DNA of 64,000 bases from Vulcanimicrobiota bacterium. GTDB lineage: Bacteria > Vulcanimicrobiota > Vulcanimicrobiia > Vulcanimicrobiales > Vulcanimicrobiaceae. This document shows positions 1-12,120 of this stretch, piece after piece. Each line of letters opens with the position of its first letter. Position 1 is the first letter of the stretch. Below the pieces are notes generated by a model. That model did no database searches. It saw only the letters and a list, made by a program, of their open reading frames with translations, and was not told the origin of the DNA. The DNA lies in NCBI GenBank assembly GCA_963795855.1, contig CAWCIZ010000004.1, positions 224,001-288,000 on the forward strand, written 5' to 3'. The position numbers and the translations under genes were made by a program.

Positions 1-1060
1 TCGCTCGACCGATCGTCTGGATCCTGCCGAGCCCACGGACGATCTGCCGGCCCTTTCGATTATCGTTCCGGCGCGTAACGAAGAGCGGCAAATCGAAGAG
101 TGCGTCACGTCGTTGCTGGCGCAGCGCTATCCCGAATTTCGAAGTGATCGTCGTGGACGATCGATCCACCGATGAACGCCGCACATTCTGCAGCGGCTAT
201 TGCGCACGACAACCCGCGGTTGCGCGTCGTTTGCGGCGACCCATTGCCGAAGGGCTGGATCGGCAAACCGTGGGCGCTCGCACAAGGCGCGCGACAAGCG
301 CGCGGGCAGTGGCTGCTGTTCACCGACGCCGACACGACCAGCACCGCTTGCGTCGGCTTCGGCGGTGCGGTACGCGCGCATGCGCGGGGCTGCATTTTTG
401 AGCCTGCTGCCGACGCAGCGTTTCGAATCTGCCGCCGAGCGCGCGGTATTGCCGACGATTCTGTGGATGATCGCCTTCGCGCATCGGCTCGCTGGACGCA
501 ATCAACGATCCCAAGCGTATGGATGCCGCGATCTTCAACGGTCAGTAATCTGTGTGCGAACGGTCGGCGCTATGAAGCGCCGGGTGGCCACGCGCCGTTC
601 GCGCCAGCATCGCCGAAGATTACGATCTGGCGCGCATCGTCAAACCGAGGGGCGCTTTCGTGCGCTGCTTGTCGACGCCGAACGATCTCGTATCACACGC
701 GCATGTATCGCTCGTTCGGCGAGATCTGGACGGTTTCAGCAAAAACTTGTACCTCGGCGCACGGGATGCGCCGCGCAATGCGATTGCTGGCATGCGGGAT
801 GCTGGCCGCGATTTCGCCCTGCCGTAAGTGGTGCTCGTTCACGCGCTTTGCGAAGCGGCGAGTACTGCACGGCAGTTGCGATGGCCGTCGCGCTCGGCGC
901 AGCATCGGCAGCCGCGGAGGTAGCGATGAGGCGTCCCGATTTCCGCGCGGCTCAGGCGGCTGTACTTTCCCGATCGGTGCCGCCGCGATGCTGGCGATAT
1001 TTTCTTCAATTCAACACCGGACCGATCGCATGCGGGCGCGGCCGGCGACGGGACGCGTTA
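1..1060 (+). CDS. Glycosyltransferase family 2 (CrtQ/HpnB-like), 5'-truncated, frameshifted
   Basis: Across frames: IIVPARNEE..., [33 protein letters not shown] (DxD motif), [11 protein letters not shown]. End coordinate approximate. Confidence 0.8.
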
Positions 1061-1111
1061 CCGGCACGCGACCGCAGGACGAGTTGCGGGAGGCCCAAAC
1101 CCCAGGAGGCT

Positions 1112-2490
1112 TATGGAACCGAACCGCAGAAAGACGAGTCACGATGGATGAAATCACGGCGCTGGCCAAGCGCCGCGGTTTCATTTTTCAGTCGAGCGAA
1201 ATCTATGGCGGCATCGGCGGATTCTACGACTACGGTCCGCTCGGCGCCGTACTCAAGCGCAACGTCAAGGATGCGTGGTGGCGCGATACGGTGGAACTGC
1301 GCGACGACGTCGTCGCGTTTCGACTCGTCGATCATCATGCATCCGCTCACGTGGAAGGCGTCGGGCCACATCGACGCGTTTCACGATCGCATGGTCGATT
1401 GCAAAGTCTGCAAACACCGGTTTCGCGCCGACCATCTCAAATCGCTGGAACAGTGTCCCGACTGCGGCAGCAAAAATTCGTTCACCGAGCCGCGCAATTT
1501 CAACTTGATGATGCAGCACGTATCGTCGGGCCGATGGAGGACACCGCGTCCGACAGCCTATCTGCGTCCGGAAACGGCTCAGGGCATCTTCGTCAATTTC
1601 AAAAACATCTACCAGACGGCGCGCAAGACGGCCGCCCTTCGGCGTCGCGCAGATCGGCAAGTCGTTTCGCAACGAAATCACGCCGGGCAATTTCACGTTT
1701 CGCCTGCGTGAATTCGAACAGGCCGAACTGGAGTATTTCGTCCCCGACGACGGCAACGATTTGGAGAGTGTTCAAAGAATGGGTCGAGCGCCGCAAGAGC
1801 GTGGTACTCGAACTACGGCATGAAACCGGAGAAGTTGCGCTTCTACGAATTAACGGCCGAGGAGCGGCCCGCATTATGCGAAGGCCGGCATCGACGTCGA
1901 GTATCTGTTTCCGTGGGGCTGGGGTGAACTCGAATCGATCGCGCATCGCGGCACCTACGATCTCGATGCGCACATGCAGCTCTCCGGCAAAGATCTGCAA
2001 TTCTTCGACGAGGCCGAGCAAAAAGAAATACACGCCGCTGCTCATCGAGAGCTCGGCCGGCATGGATCGCACCACGCTCACGTTCTTGATCGACGCATAC
2101 GAGAGCGAGCGCAGCGCCGATCCCAACGGTAAAGAAACCGAACGCGTCGTGCTGCATTTCCATCCGCATATTGCGCCGGTGCAAGTCGCCGTTTTTTCAC
2201 TCGCCCGCAACAAGCCCGAGCTGGTGGAGCAAGCGCGCGAGCATCGAAGAGCGGCGCTGCGCCGCACTTCCGCACGCAGTACGACGAAGGCAACATCGGT
2301 CAGCTCTATCGCCGTCAAGACGAAATCGGCACGCCGTTCTGCTTGACGGTCGACTACGACACCCTCGAGGACCATGCCGTGACCGTGCGCGAACGGGATT
2401 CCATGCGCCAGGACCGCATCGCTATCGAAGCGCTGCAGGGGTTTTTGCGCGAAAAATATCCGCTAGAATCAGGTACCCTAGTACTATCTT
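1112..2490 (+). CDS. glyQS: Glycine--tRNA ligase (homodimeric type), frameshifted
   Basis: [74 protein letters not shown] anticodon domain. GGAGG precedes ATG 1112. End approximate. Confidence 0.93.
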
Positions 2491-2581
2491 CTCAGCCATT
2501 TCGCACTAGACGGCGTACCCTCGCCTGTCTTAGCGTATGGGTACAAGGCCTAAGACCTCGTTGCTACCAGGGGAGATAGTG

Positions 2582-5280
2582 ATGTCGGAAACGCTGGCGT
2601 CGCCCGGGCCGACGGCTTCCGTGCAAAAGCCCATTTGGTTTTTTGAAGACGGTTCGGGCGAGATGAAACATCTGCTCGGGCGGCAAGGGAGCCGGCTTGG
2701 CTGAGATGACGCGTGCCGGACTTCCGGTGCCTCCGGGCTTCATTATCACGACCGAAACGTGTTTGGCGTACTACGCGCTCGGACGCCGCAATCCGCCGCG
2801 GTTGACGCGAGCGTGTTCAGACGGCGATGGCTGAATTGGAGCGCCGTACCCGCAAGAATTTCGGCGATCCGAATAACCCGCTTTTGGTCTCCGTACGGAG
2901 CGGCGCGCGCGTCTCGATGCCCGGCATGATGGACACGATCCTCAACCTCGGACTCAACGATTTCACCGTCGTCGGCCTCGCCGAACTGACCGGCAACGAT
3001 CGTTTTGCTTGGGATGCCTACCGCCGCTTCATCATGATGTTTTCATGCGTCGTCCTCGGCGTCGAAAAAGAAGTCTTCGAAGAGCGCATCGATGAAGCTC
3101 AAGCGGCGTTTGGGCGTAGCGACCGATCCGGAAATAGGCGCGCGCGAGTGGCGCGATCTCGTCGCGGTCTTCAAAGCGATCGTTTCCGAACACACGGGCC
3201 GGGAGTTTCCGCAGGAAGTTCACGAGCAGTTGGATCTCGCAATCCGCGCGGTGTTCGACTCCTGGAATTCCAAACGTGCCATCGATTACCGGCGCTACAA
3301 CAAAATTCCCGACGACTGGGGCACGGCGGTAAGCGTGGTCTCGATGGTGTTCGGCAATATGGGAGACGACTCGGGAACGGGAGTCGCGTTCACGCGCGAC
3401 CCGAACACCGGTGAAAAGGCGCTCTTCGGCGAGTACCTGCGCAACGCGCAAGGCGAAGACGTGGTCGCGGGCATTCGCACTCCCGAGCGAATCGCCGACT
3501 TGGAGCGAACCCAACCGGACGTTTACGAGCAGTTCGTTCAGATCGCGGGCCGGCTCGAGCGGCACTATCGAGACATGCAGGATTTGGAGTTCACCGTCGA
3601 GCGCGGTAAACTGTACATGCTGCAAACGCGCACGGGAAAGCGAAGCGCCGAAGCCGCCGTCAAAATCGCGCTCGACATGGTGCGCGAAGGGTCTGATCGA
3701 CAAACGCGAAGCCGTCGGCCGCGTGAGCGCCGCATCGCTCGATCAACTGTTTCACGCGCGCATCGATCCCGCCGAAACATACCGGATTGCCTGCAAAGGC
3801 TTGAACGCGTCGCCGGGAGCCGCGACCGGTCAAGCCGTGTTCGACGCGGACACCGCGGAAGAGTGGGGCAAAGGCGGCAAAGCAGTGGTTCTCGTCCGCG
3901 TCGAAACAACGCCGGACGACGTGCACGGGATGATTGCCGCACGCGGCGTACTCACCGCAAAAGGCGGCGCGACATCTCACGCGGCAGTCGTTGCCCGCGG
4001 CATGGGCAAGCCGTGCGTCACCGGCTGCGATGCACTGCAAGTCGACCGCCGCACGCGCCGAGCGAGCATCGGCGAAATAGCGTTCGAAGAGGGTGACTGG
4101 ATCACCATCGACGGTACCAGCGGAAACGTCATCGCGGGCGAACTGAAACTGATCGATCCGCCGTCGAGACTGCCCGAGTGGCTCGACGAATTTTTAGGCT
4201 GGGCGGACGAAGTCCGCACGCTCGAGGTGTGGGCGAACGCGGACACGCCGCAAGACGCGCGAAAAGCGCGCGAGCTCGGCGCGACCGGTATCGGGTTGTG
4301 CCGCACCGAGCATATGTTCATGCAGCAGGATCGCTTACCCATCGTCCAAGAGATGATATTATCCGACATGGCGGAAACGCGGGCGACGGCGCTGGAGAAA
4401 TTGCTGCCTTTTCAGCGTGACGATTTTTACGGGATTCTGCAGGCCATGCAGGGGTATCCGGTCACCATCCGGCTGCTCGATCCGCCACTCCACGAGTTTC
4501 TGCCGTCGCTGGAAGCGCTGCTCGTCGAAACCACGGAACTTCGCGTCCGCGGCGGTGAGCACTCCGCGGCGTACGAGCAGAAGATGCGGCTGCTGCGCCG
4601 CGTTCAACAACTCCACGAACAAAACCCGATGCTCGGTTTGCGCGTCTGCCGTCTGGGCATCGTGTATCCCGAGATTTACGCGATGCAAGTGCGCGCGATC
4701 TTCGAAGCTGCATGCGAGTTGAAGAAGCGAGGCGTCGACGTGAAGCCCGAGGTGATGATTCCCGGCGTCGGGACGAAAGAAGAAATGCGGTTCACGGCGG
4801 AAGCTGCGAGGAAGATCGCGGATACAGTCATCGCGGAAACCGGCGTTGCGGTCGACTATCACGTCGGCACGATGATCGAGCTGCCGCGAGCGTGCGTAGT
4901 CGCGGATGAAATTGCCGATGCGGGCGCGGAGTTTTTCTCGTTCGGTACGAACGACCTGACGCAGACCACGTACGGTTACAGCCGAGACGACGCCGAAGGC
5001 TCGTTCATACCGCGGTATTTGGAGACTGAAGATCCTCAAGGATGACCCGTTTCAAGTGCTGGACCGGCGCGGGGTCGGGTCGCTGATGCAAGAGGCCGTG
5101 CGCCGCGGAAGAAATGCGAAACCTTCGCTGAAGATCGGCATTTGCGGCGAACATGGCGGCGACCCGTCCAGCGTGGCGTTCTGCCACAGCCTCGCACTGA
5201 ATTACGTCTCGTGTTCTCCCTATCGCGTGCCGATCGCGCGTCTTGCGGCGGCTCAGGCGGCAATCGGTTCGCTCACGTAG
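2582..5280 (+). CDS. ppdK: Pyruvate, phosphate dikinase, frameshifted
   Basis: [55 protein letters not shown] (phospho-His), [39 protein letters not shown]-like motif upstream. Confidence 0.96.
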
Positions 5281-5404
5281 CCGAGCCAAACGTTCGTTAA
5301 GAGATCCATTAGAACCGTGGTCTCCGACGGGCCGTGCGGAACCTTGGTTTTTCGTGCTCGCGTTATCCGTGCACAGACGTTCTTTCCATGCAAAGGAGCA
5401 TGCA

Positions 5405-5698
5405 ATGATCAAGAACTGGAAAGCGGCTCTCGCGGCTCTCGTCCTGTCCGTCTCCGCCTTCGGTGCCGGCGCGGTATTTACGGGCGCGGCCCATGCCGCC
5501 CCGCTGTACGCGGTGGTTCGCCCGGATCGGGGCAGCGATCGCAATCTGCGGTACGTGGACGCGCGCTTGGGAGCGCTCATCGATCAACTCCAGCGCGACC
5601 AGCGCGAGTACGACGGTCATCGCGTCGCCGCAATTGCCGACATGCAGCAAGCGCGCGGGCAACTCGCCGCTGCGATGCGGTACGACGCCGGCCGCTAG
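5405..5698 (+). CDS. Small secreted hypothetical protein (97 aa)
   Basis: AAGGAG SD; signal peptide MIKNWKAALAALVLSVSAFGAG...AHA; helical mature part. Confidence 0.75.
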   Translation: MIKNWKAALAALVLSVSAFGAGAVFTGAAHAAPLYAVVRPDRGSDRNLRYVDARLGALIDQLQRDQREYDGHRVAAIADMQQARGQLAAAMRYDAGR

Positions 5699-5734
5699 AC
5701 GGGCTCAGCATGCGGCGCGACGAACTCGCGCCGC

Positions 5735-6859
5735 ATGCTGCCCGATTTTCGCCTCGAGTCTTACTTCGCGGTTTGGGAATTCCGGGCGCGACATAACCTG
5801 ACGGCTTCGGACGCGGAAACGCTGCCGCTGCGCGAGTTGCTGGCGATGGCGGATCCAGCGGATCGCGAGCGGTGGGACGAGCTGCGGCTCGGATATATTC
5901 CGTCGGAGGGAACGCCGGAACTCCGAAGCGCGATCGCGCAGTCGTATGATGCCATCGCGCCGGAAGACGTCGTCTGTTTCGCCGGCGCCGAAGAAGGGCT
6001 TTACTGCGCGATGCACGCGCTGCTGAGCCACCTCGATCATGCGCTCATTCTCGTTCCCAACTATCAGTCGATGGAGAGCGTCCCGCGCTCTATTTGCGAG
6101 GTCACGGGCATCGCATTGCACGCGCAAAACGGGTGGAACCTCGATCCTGCGGAGTTGCGTGCAGCCTTGCGGCCGAACACGCGCCTGATCGCGCTCAATT
6201 TTCCAAATAATCCGACGGGAAAAATCGCGGATTCGCAAACGTTCGAAGCCGTCGTGTCGATCTGCCGCGAGCGCAATATCTACTTGTTCAGCGACGAAGT
6301 ATACCGCGGTATCGAGCGCGATCGTTCCAAACGTCTCCCACAAGCTGCGGACTTGTACGAGCGCGCCCTCTCACTCAACGTCGTCTCGAAAGCCTATGGG
6401 CTGCCGGGGCTGCGCGTCGGCTGGATAGCCTGCCGCGATCGCGGCGTATTGTCGCGCATGGTGCGCGTCAAACACTATCTTTCAATCTGCAATTCCGCGC
6501 CGAGCGAAGTGCTGGCCGGCATCGCTCTGAAAGCACGTGAACGAATCTTGGAACGTAACCGCGCCTTGACCCAGACGAACCTGAGGAAGTTGGACGCGTT
6601 TTTCGCAAGCCACGCCGATCGTTTTGAATGGTACGCACCGGACGGCGGCTGCATTGCGTATCCGCGCTACCTCGGAAGCGATGGTGTGGAAACGCTCTGC
6701 GCGCGACTCGTGCACGAAGCGGGTGTGCTGCTCTTGCCTGCGTCGATGTATGCGAGCGATCTGCTGGCTACGCCCCAAGACCGCTTTCGGATTGGGTACG
6801 GCCGCTCCGGTATGGACGAGGCGCTCAGCGCATTCGAGCAGTTCTTGTCCGGCCGATAA
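5735..6859 (+). CDS. PLP-dependent aminotransferase class I/II
   Basis: NFPNNPTG, FSDEVYRG, SKAYGLPGLRVGW (PLP lysine). Confidence 0.92.
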   Translation: MLPDFRLESYFAVWEFRARHNLTASDAETLPLRELLAMADPADRERWDELRLGYIPSEGTPELRSAIAQSYDAIAPEDVVCFAGAEEGLYCAMHALLSHLDHALILVPNYQSMESVPRSICEVTGIALHAQNGWNLDPAELRAALRPNTRLIALNFPNNPTGKIADSQTFEAVVSICRERNIYLFSDEVYRGIERDRSKRLPQAADLYERALSLNVVSKAYGLPGLRVGWIACRDRGVLSRMVRVKHYLSICNSAPSEVLAGIALKARERILERNRALTQTNLRKLDAFFASHADRFEWYAPDGGCIAYPRYLGSDGVETLCARLVHEAGVLLLPASMYASDLLATPQDRFRIGYGRSGMDEALSAFEQFLSGR

Positions 6860-7831
6860 ACGTAAAACCGATCGCGTCGTTTCCGGTGCCGTCTTCGAGG
6901 TATGGATGGTCGGCGTAGCGCAGTTCCTCAAATCGCGATCGCAGGGCCACGAGCATCGCGCCGGACTCATGAAGATCGGCGCGTTCCGCGCGAAATACCG
7001 GGTCCGCACTGCGCTCCCACCCGTAATCGTCGATAGCCACGATTCCGCCCGGCGCGACGAGCGCGTCGACCTTTTCGAGCATCGCGCAAAGATCGCGTGC
7101 GTGATGCAGCACCAACTGCGCCGCCGCGCAGCCGAAGCTCGACGCGGCCGCTTCGTAGGATTCGAACGAACTCTCGACGATGGGAAACGTGCTTCGCAGC
7201 TCGGAATCCAAGGCCGTTACTTCATAGCCGGCTGCGGCGAGCTCTCGTGCCAGAAGCCCTTCGCCGGCGCCGATTTCCAAGATGCGCGCTCCCGAAGGGA
7301 CATACTCGGCGATCGTTCGCGCGAACCGTTCAATGCGCGGCCCCTGTCGTCGACCGTTCGCACGGCGCATTATCGTCGCAACGACGGCGGTTTTGGCATC
7401 CGCATACTGGTTCGACGTCTCCCACGGACGCTCGACCAGACGCCGCTTTACGTATTCGTACAGCGCGCGGTCGTCAGGATGACTTCTGAGCCAATCGCGA
7501 AACACGAGATGCCGCCGAACGTCGGCGGGATCGGCCCACAGATGTACGTGCGCGTCACTCGGCGCCGCAGCGAACATCCGGTGGCCCGGCTCGTCGACGG
7601 CGAGCCAATAACCCCCGCGTTCGAGAGTTCTCGCGCCTCCTCGTCGTCGGGCCGGACGCCTTCGATAACGATATCGACGATAGGCTTCGCCGCGAGTCCG
7701 GGGACCGACGTCGAGCCGATGTGTTCGATGGACGAAGCGACCGGCCCGAGCGCCGCCGCTAGGCGATCGCGATGCTCCCGAAACCGATCCGCCCAAATCG
7801 GATCGTACTGCGCGAGCGTGACGCGAATCAC
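6825..7831 (-). CDS. GrpB-family nucleotidyltransferase fused to class I SAM methyltransferase (frameshift ~7620)
   Basis: YDPIWADRF..IEHIGSTSVPGLAAKPIVDI; HLVFRDWLRSHPDDRALY..YADAK; then ILEIGAGEG..VTALD, LVLHH. Confidence 0.8.
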
Positions 7832-9060
7832 GTGGAAATCGCGCCCGAGACGTTGCGGCAGATGCGGCGCGCTTCGTCGACGTCCACGCGGCTGCGCTCG
7901 ACGAAAAGCTTGCGCCAGTGTGCTTTACCGGAAAGTTTCGCGATGAGATCGGACGCTTCCCGAGCGTCTACCACCGCTCCGGATGCTGCGGCGACCCACA
8001 CCGTGCGGCTATTTCCGTCGATTTGCAAGGGAAGGCGATGAATGAGTTGCGACTGCTCGTCGCTCCACACCGCGTCCGCGCCGAACCGATCGCACAAGGC
8101 GGCTTCGCATCGCTCGAACGTGCTCAGATCGTGTTCCGCATTGAATTCGGCTGCGACGGCGTAGAGCCGTAAACGCTCTCGCAACGCACGCGCGGCTTCG
8201 GACGGCGCCTCGCGTAATTCGTTCAGTACGCGGAAGTCGTCCCACCGCAGAAACTCGTCGATCGGATCCAGGCGATGCGGATCGGGCCACACTTCGCGAA
8301 GAACCCGCTGCAAGATTCGCTCGAACATCCGCGTCGTGTGGTGAAAGTAGACCGACGCGAACATCATATACCGCGCAAGCACGAACGATTCCAGCGCGAC
8401 GACTCCGCGCCGGTCGATTCCCATCGCCAGGTGCGGTTCTCCGGAGGGCGCCGCCACGTTGAAAATACGGAGCGATGCGACCAGTTGATCCGCGTCATAT
8501 CTGCCGCTGATGACGCCTGTGAAGTAGGCGTCGCGAAGCAGATAATCCATGCGATCCGCATCCAGATTCGGTCCGCTCACGATCTCCGAAAGCACCGGAT
8601 ACGGCGTTTTCGCGCCGCCCAAAATCAGCTGCAGCGCGTGCTTGGGATCGACGTCCAACTCGCCGAGATGCTTCTGCATCTCGGGCAGTGCGAGAATGGC
8701 GCGCGTACGCTCCTCATGGCGCACGCCGAGCACGGCCTCGCAGGCGTGGCTGAAGGGACCGTGTCCGACGTCGTGCAGAATGAGCGCAGCGCGCACCAGC
8801 CGGCGCTGGTAATCCGCGTCCGCATCGTTTACGAAAAATTCACGCCCGGTCCTCACGATCTGGTCGAATGCCCGCGTCCCCATGGCGAGCGCTCCGAGCG
8901 CGTGGCTGAAGCGCGAGTGCTCGGCGGATGGGAACGCGAGATAGGCCAGTCCAAGCTGGCGCAGGCGGCGCAAACGCTGCAGCACGGCGCAATCGAGCAG
9001 CCGCGCCTCGGCGGGCGTTAGTTCGATGAAATGGTGGACCGGATCGTAAATCCGCTTCAT
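7828..9060 (-). CDS. HD-domain protein, SAMHD1/YdhJ-like dNTP triphosphohydrolase
   Basis: IYDPVHHFI, RLRRLRQLG, EHSRFSHALG, LHDVGHGPFSH, DADRMDYLLRD, VYFHHT. Confidence 0.9.
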   Translation of the reverse strand: MKRIYDPVHHFIELTPAEARLLDCAVLQRLRRLRQLGLAYLAFPSAEHSRFSHALGALAMGTRAFDQIVRTGREFFVNDADADYQRRLVRAALILHDVGHGPFSHACEAVLGVRHEERTRAILALPEMQKHLGELDVDPKHALQLILGGAKTPYPVLSEIVSGPNLDADRMDYLLRDAYFTGVISGRYDADQLVASLRIFNVAAPSGEPHLAMGIDRRGVVALESFVLARYMMFASVYFHHTTRMFERILQRVLREVWPDPHRLDPIDEFLRWDDFRVLNELREAPSEAARALRERLRLYAVAAEFNAEHDLSTFERCEAALCDRFGADAVWSDEQSQLIHRLPLQIDGNSRTVWVAAASGAVVDAREASDLIAKLSGKAHWRKLFVERSRVDVDEARRICRNVSGAIST

Positions 9061-9101
9061 CGCGGAGTTCTTGCGACCGCGGCGAAGTATGCACCTGCCC
9101 C

Positions 9102-10889
9102 ATGAGATTCGACCAAGGCGCCGTACGAGAGATTCACGCACGCATCGACATCGCGAGTTTTATCGGCTCGTACGTTTCGCTGCGTAAACGCGGAAACGAT
9201 CTCGTTGGGCTTTGCCCGTTCCATACCGAGAAGACGCCGTCGTTTCACGTGCATCCCGACAAAGGATTCTTCAAGTGTTTCGGTTGCGGAGCCGGCGGCG
9301 ACGTCATCACGTTTCTCTCCAAACTGGAGAATCTGGCGTTCCCGGACGCGGTGCGCCTGCTCGCGCAGAAAGCCGGAGTGGAACTGGAGCCTGAAACACC
9401 GCAAAGCGTTCGCACGCGCAGCGAACGCGAGGCGATCTACGAAGCAAATCGCATCGCCGCGGCTTTCTTCGAACGCAAACTGCGCGAACCGGCCGGTGCG
9501 GCGGCGCGCGACTATTGCGAGGAGCGGGGCATCGCTGCCGCGGTGATTGAAAAGTTTCACCTGGGCTATGCGCCGGATGCATGGAACGCGCTGACCGACG
9601 AATTGCAGCGCGGCGGCATCGATCTCGCGGTCGCCGACAAGGCCGGGCTCGTAAAACGCGGCGAACGCGGATACCGCGATTTCTACCGCGATCGGCTCAT
9701 GGTCCCGACATACGCGACGACCGGCGAGGTCATTGCTTTCGGCGGACGAGCACTCGGCGACGCGGAACCGAAATATCTGAACACGTCGACGACGCCGGTG
9801 TACACCAAAGGCCGCCATCTCTACGCGCTCAACGTTGCGCGCCGTGCCGCCGCGCAAGACCGTACGCTGATCGTGGTCGAAGGCTATCTCGATTGCATCG
9901 CGCTGCATCAAGCGGGTTTCGAAAACGCCGTTGCCTCGCTGGGCACCGCGTTCACCGAAGATCAGGCAAAAGAGCTGCGTAAATATGCGGACGGAATCTT
10001 TCTTTGCTTCGACGGCGACACGGCGGGCAATGCAGCGGCGGGCAAAGCCGTCGACATAGCGGTTCACGTCATCGAGCACGCCGGCTCCGGCGTGCGCATC
10101 GTGACGCTGCCTGCCGGCTCGGATCCGGACAACTACGTGCGCGAGCGTGGAGCGCAAGCGTTTCGCGGCCTTCTAGAAGCAGCCAAGCCCGCTATCGAAT
10201 TCCGCCTCGAGCGGGAAGCGGACCGTCTTGCGCGCGGATTCGATTCACCGGCAACCATTGCGACGCAGGCCGAAACGCTGATCAGGCGCATGACGCCGCA
10301 AATGGAGTGGGATCGCTGGCGGGTTTGGATTGCAAAACGCCTGCAGGTCAGCGAGAACGACCTCCGGAATAGCCGCTTCCTTGCGAACACGGCAAACTTC
10401 ACGCCGCGTTCCACCGGTATGGCGGCGACGCGCCATCTTTCCCGCAACGTTCTACCGTCGTCGTTCGAACGTGAAGCGCTGGCGATTATGCTCGAGGAGC
10501 CGGCGCTCGTGCGGGAATACCGGGATCTCATTCCGGCCCAACGCTTCCGCAGCGAAACTTACGCCCGCATTTATGCGGGGCTGACCGAGAATGCGGAGCG
10601 CCTCGGCCACACGGCAGATGTTTTCGCGATGTTCGCCGATGATAACGAAAGCATGGAAGTGCTCAGCTCGCTCGGGCAGCGGGACCGCAGTTCGACGGTG
10701 CGCTATGAGGACTCGACCCAAAGGCGGGCGCACCTCGACCGGGTCGTGGAGCGGTTGCAACTCGACGAGGAGCGGACGCGTTATCAGGAATTGTCCCGGC
10801 GCATCGACGAATTACTCACGGCTGGGCAAAACGTGAGTCCGGAGCTTCGGGACGAATTCGATGCCCTCGTATCGAAACTGAAAAAGTAA
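9102..10889 (+). CDS. dnaG: DNA primase
   Basis: CPFHTEKTPSF..CFGC zinc-binding domain, FGGR, KYLNT, VEGYLD, CFDGD TOPRIM, DPD. Confidence 0.97.
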   Translation: MRFDQGAVREIHARIDIASFIGSYVSLRKRGNDLVGLCPFHTEKTPSFHVHPDKGFFKCFGCGAGGDVITFLSKLENLAFPDAVRLLAQKAGVELEPETPQSVRTRSEREAIYEANRIAAAFFERKLREPAGAAARDYCEERGIAAAVIEKFHLGYAPDAWNALTDELQRGGIDLAVADKAGLVKRGERGYRDFYRDRLMVPTYATTGEVIAFGGRALGDAEPKYLNTSTTPVYTKGRHLYALNVARRAAAQDRTLIVVEGYLDCIALHQAGFENAVASLGTAFTEDQAKELRKYADGIFLCFDGDTAGNAAAGKAVDIAVHVIEHAGSGVRIVTLPAGSDPDNYVRERGAQAFRGLLEAAKPAIEFRLEREADRLARGFDSPATIATQAETLIRRMTPQMEWDRWRVWIAKRLQVSENDLRNSRFLANTANFTPRSTGMAATRHLSRNVLPSSFEREALAIMLEEPALVREYRDLIPAQRFRSETYARIYAGLTENAERLGHTADVFAMFADDNESMEVLSSLGQRDRSSTVRYEDSTQRRAHLDRVVERLQLDEERTRYQELSRRIDELLTAGQNVSPELRDEFDALVSKLKK

Positions 10890-10909
10890 AAGACTCTGCA
10901 AGAGAGGGG

Positions 10910-12116
10910 GTGAGTAAGAAAAGCATGGCACGCAAGAAGGCGCCAAGCGCGAACGGCGCGACCGCAACGGCCGAACCCGCACCAACTACCGTCGAGGAAC
11001 TGAAGAAACGGCTGCTTGAGCGCGGCAAAAAGCGCGGCTCTATTACGCTCGACGAGATTAACCTGGAAGTCGGCCGCCTCGCCGAAACGCGCGAGGAGCT
11101 GAACGAGGCAGAGATTTTCGAGGACCTGATGACCGACCTGAACGGCGCAGGCGTCGAGGTCGTCGAGGAAGCGGAAGAAGAAAAACCCGAGGAAACGGAA
11201 GAGCAGCCCGAGCAGACGCTGTCCGTCGGTTTGTCGCTGGACGATCCCGTTCGGATGTACCTCAAGGAGATCGGGCGCGTTCCGCTGCTTTCCATGGAAG
11301 ACGAGAAGACTGGCCATGCGCATCGAGGCGGGCGAGAAAGAACTCGCTCAAAACGGTTCGGCCAATCAGGTCGTCGTCGGGCAGGGCGAAGAAGCAAAGC
11401 GTCAGCTCACCGAAGCGAATCTTCGTCTCGTCGTCTCCATCGCGAAGAAATACGTCGGCCGCGGCATGCTGTTTCTGGATCTCATCCAAGAGGGAAACCT
11501 CGGGCTCATCCGCGCCGTCGAAAAATTCGATTACCGCAAAGGTTACAAGTTCTCGACGTACGCAACATGGTGGATACGTCAGGCCATTACGCGCGCGCTC
11601 GCAGATCAGGCGCGCACCATACGCATTCCGGTGCACATGGTCGAGACGATCAACCGGCTCATCAAGATTTCGCGTCAGCTGCTCCAAGAACTCGGACGCG
11701 ATCCGTCGGTGGAAGAGATCGCCGCGGAAATGGGCCTCACGCCGGAAAAGGTTCGCGAAGTCATCAAGATCAGTCAGGAGCCGATTTCGCTCGAAACGCC
11801 GATCGGCGAAGAAGAAGATTCGCATTTAGGGGACTTCATCGAAGATCAGGAAGCGGTCGCCCCGGCTGAAGCGGCGTCCGTGATGCTGCTCAAAGAAAAG
11901 ATGCAGGACGTTTTACAAAATCTGACCGAGCGCGAGCGCAAAGTGCTCGTGCTGCGCTTCGGACTGGAAGACGGCCATCAACGTACGCTCGAGGAAGTCG
12001 GGCAAGAATTCGGCGTGACGCGCGAACGCATCCGCCAGATCGAAGCCAAGGCGCTGCGCAAGCTGCGGCATCCATCGCGCGGTAAAGCCCTAAAGGACTA
12101 CTGGAGCAACGAGTAA
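10910..12116 (+). CDS. rpoD: Primary sigma factor RpoD/SigA (frameshift ~11310)
   Basis: Region 1.1, [70 protein letters not shown]; follows dnaG. Confidence 0.97.
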
Positions 12117-12120
12117 GGTT

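Noticed and set aside
172..2346. 724-aa GT2-GlyRS fusion ORF
   Set aside because: It is a chimera of frames produced by indels; the motifs show two separate genes.
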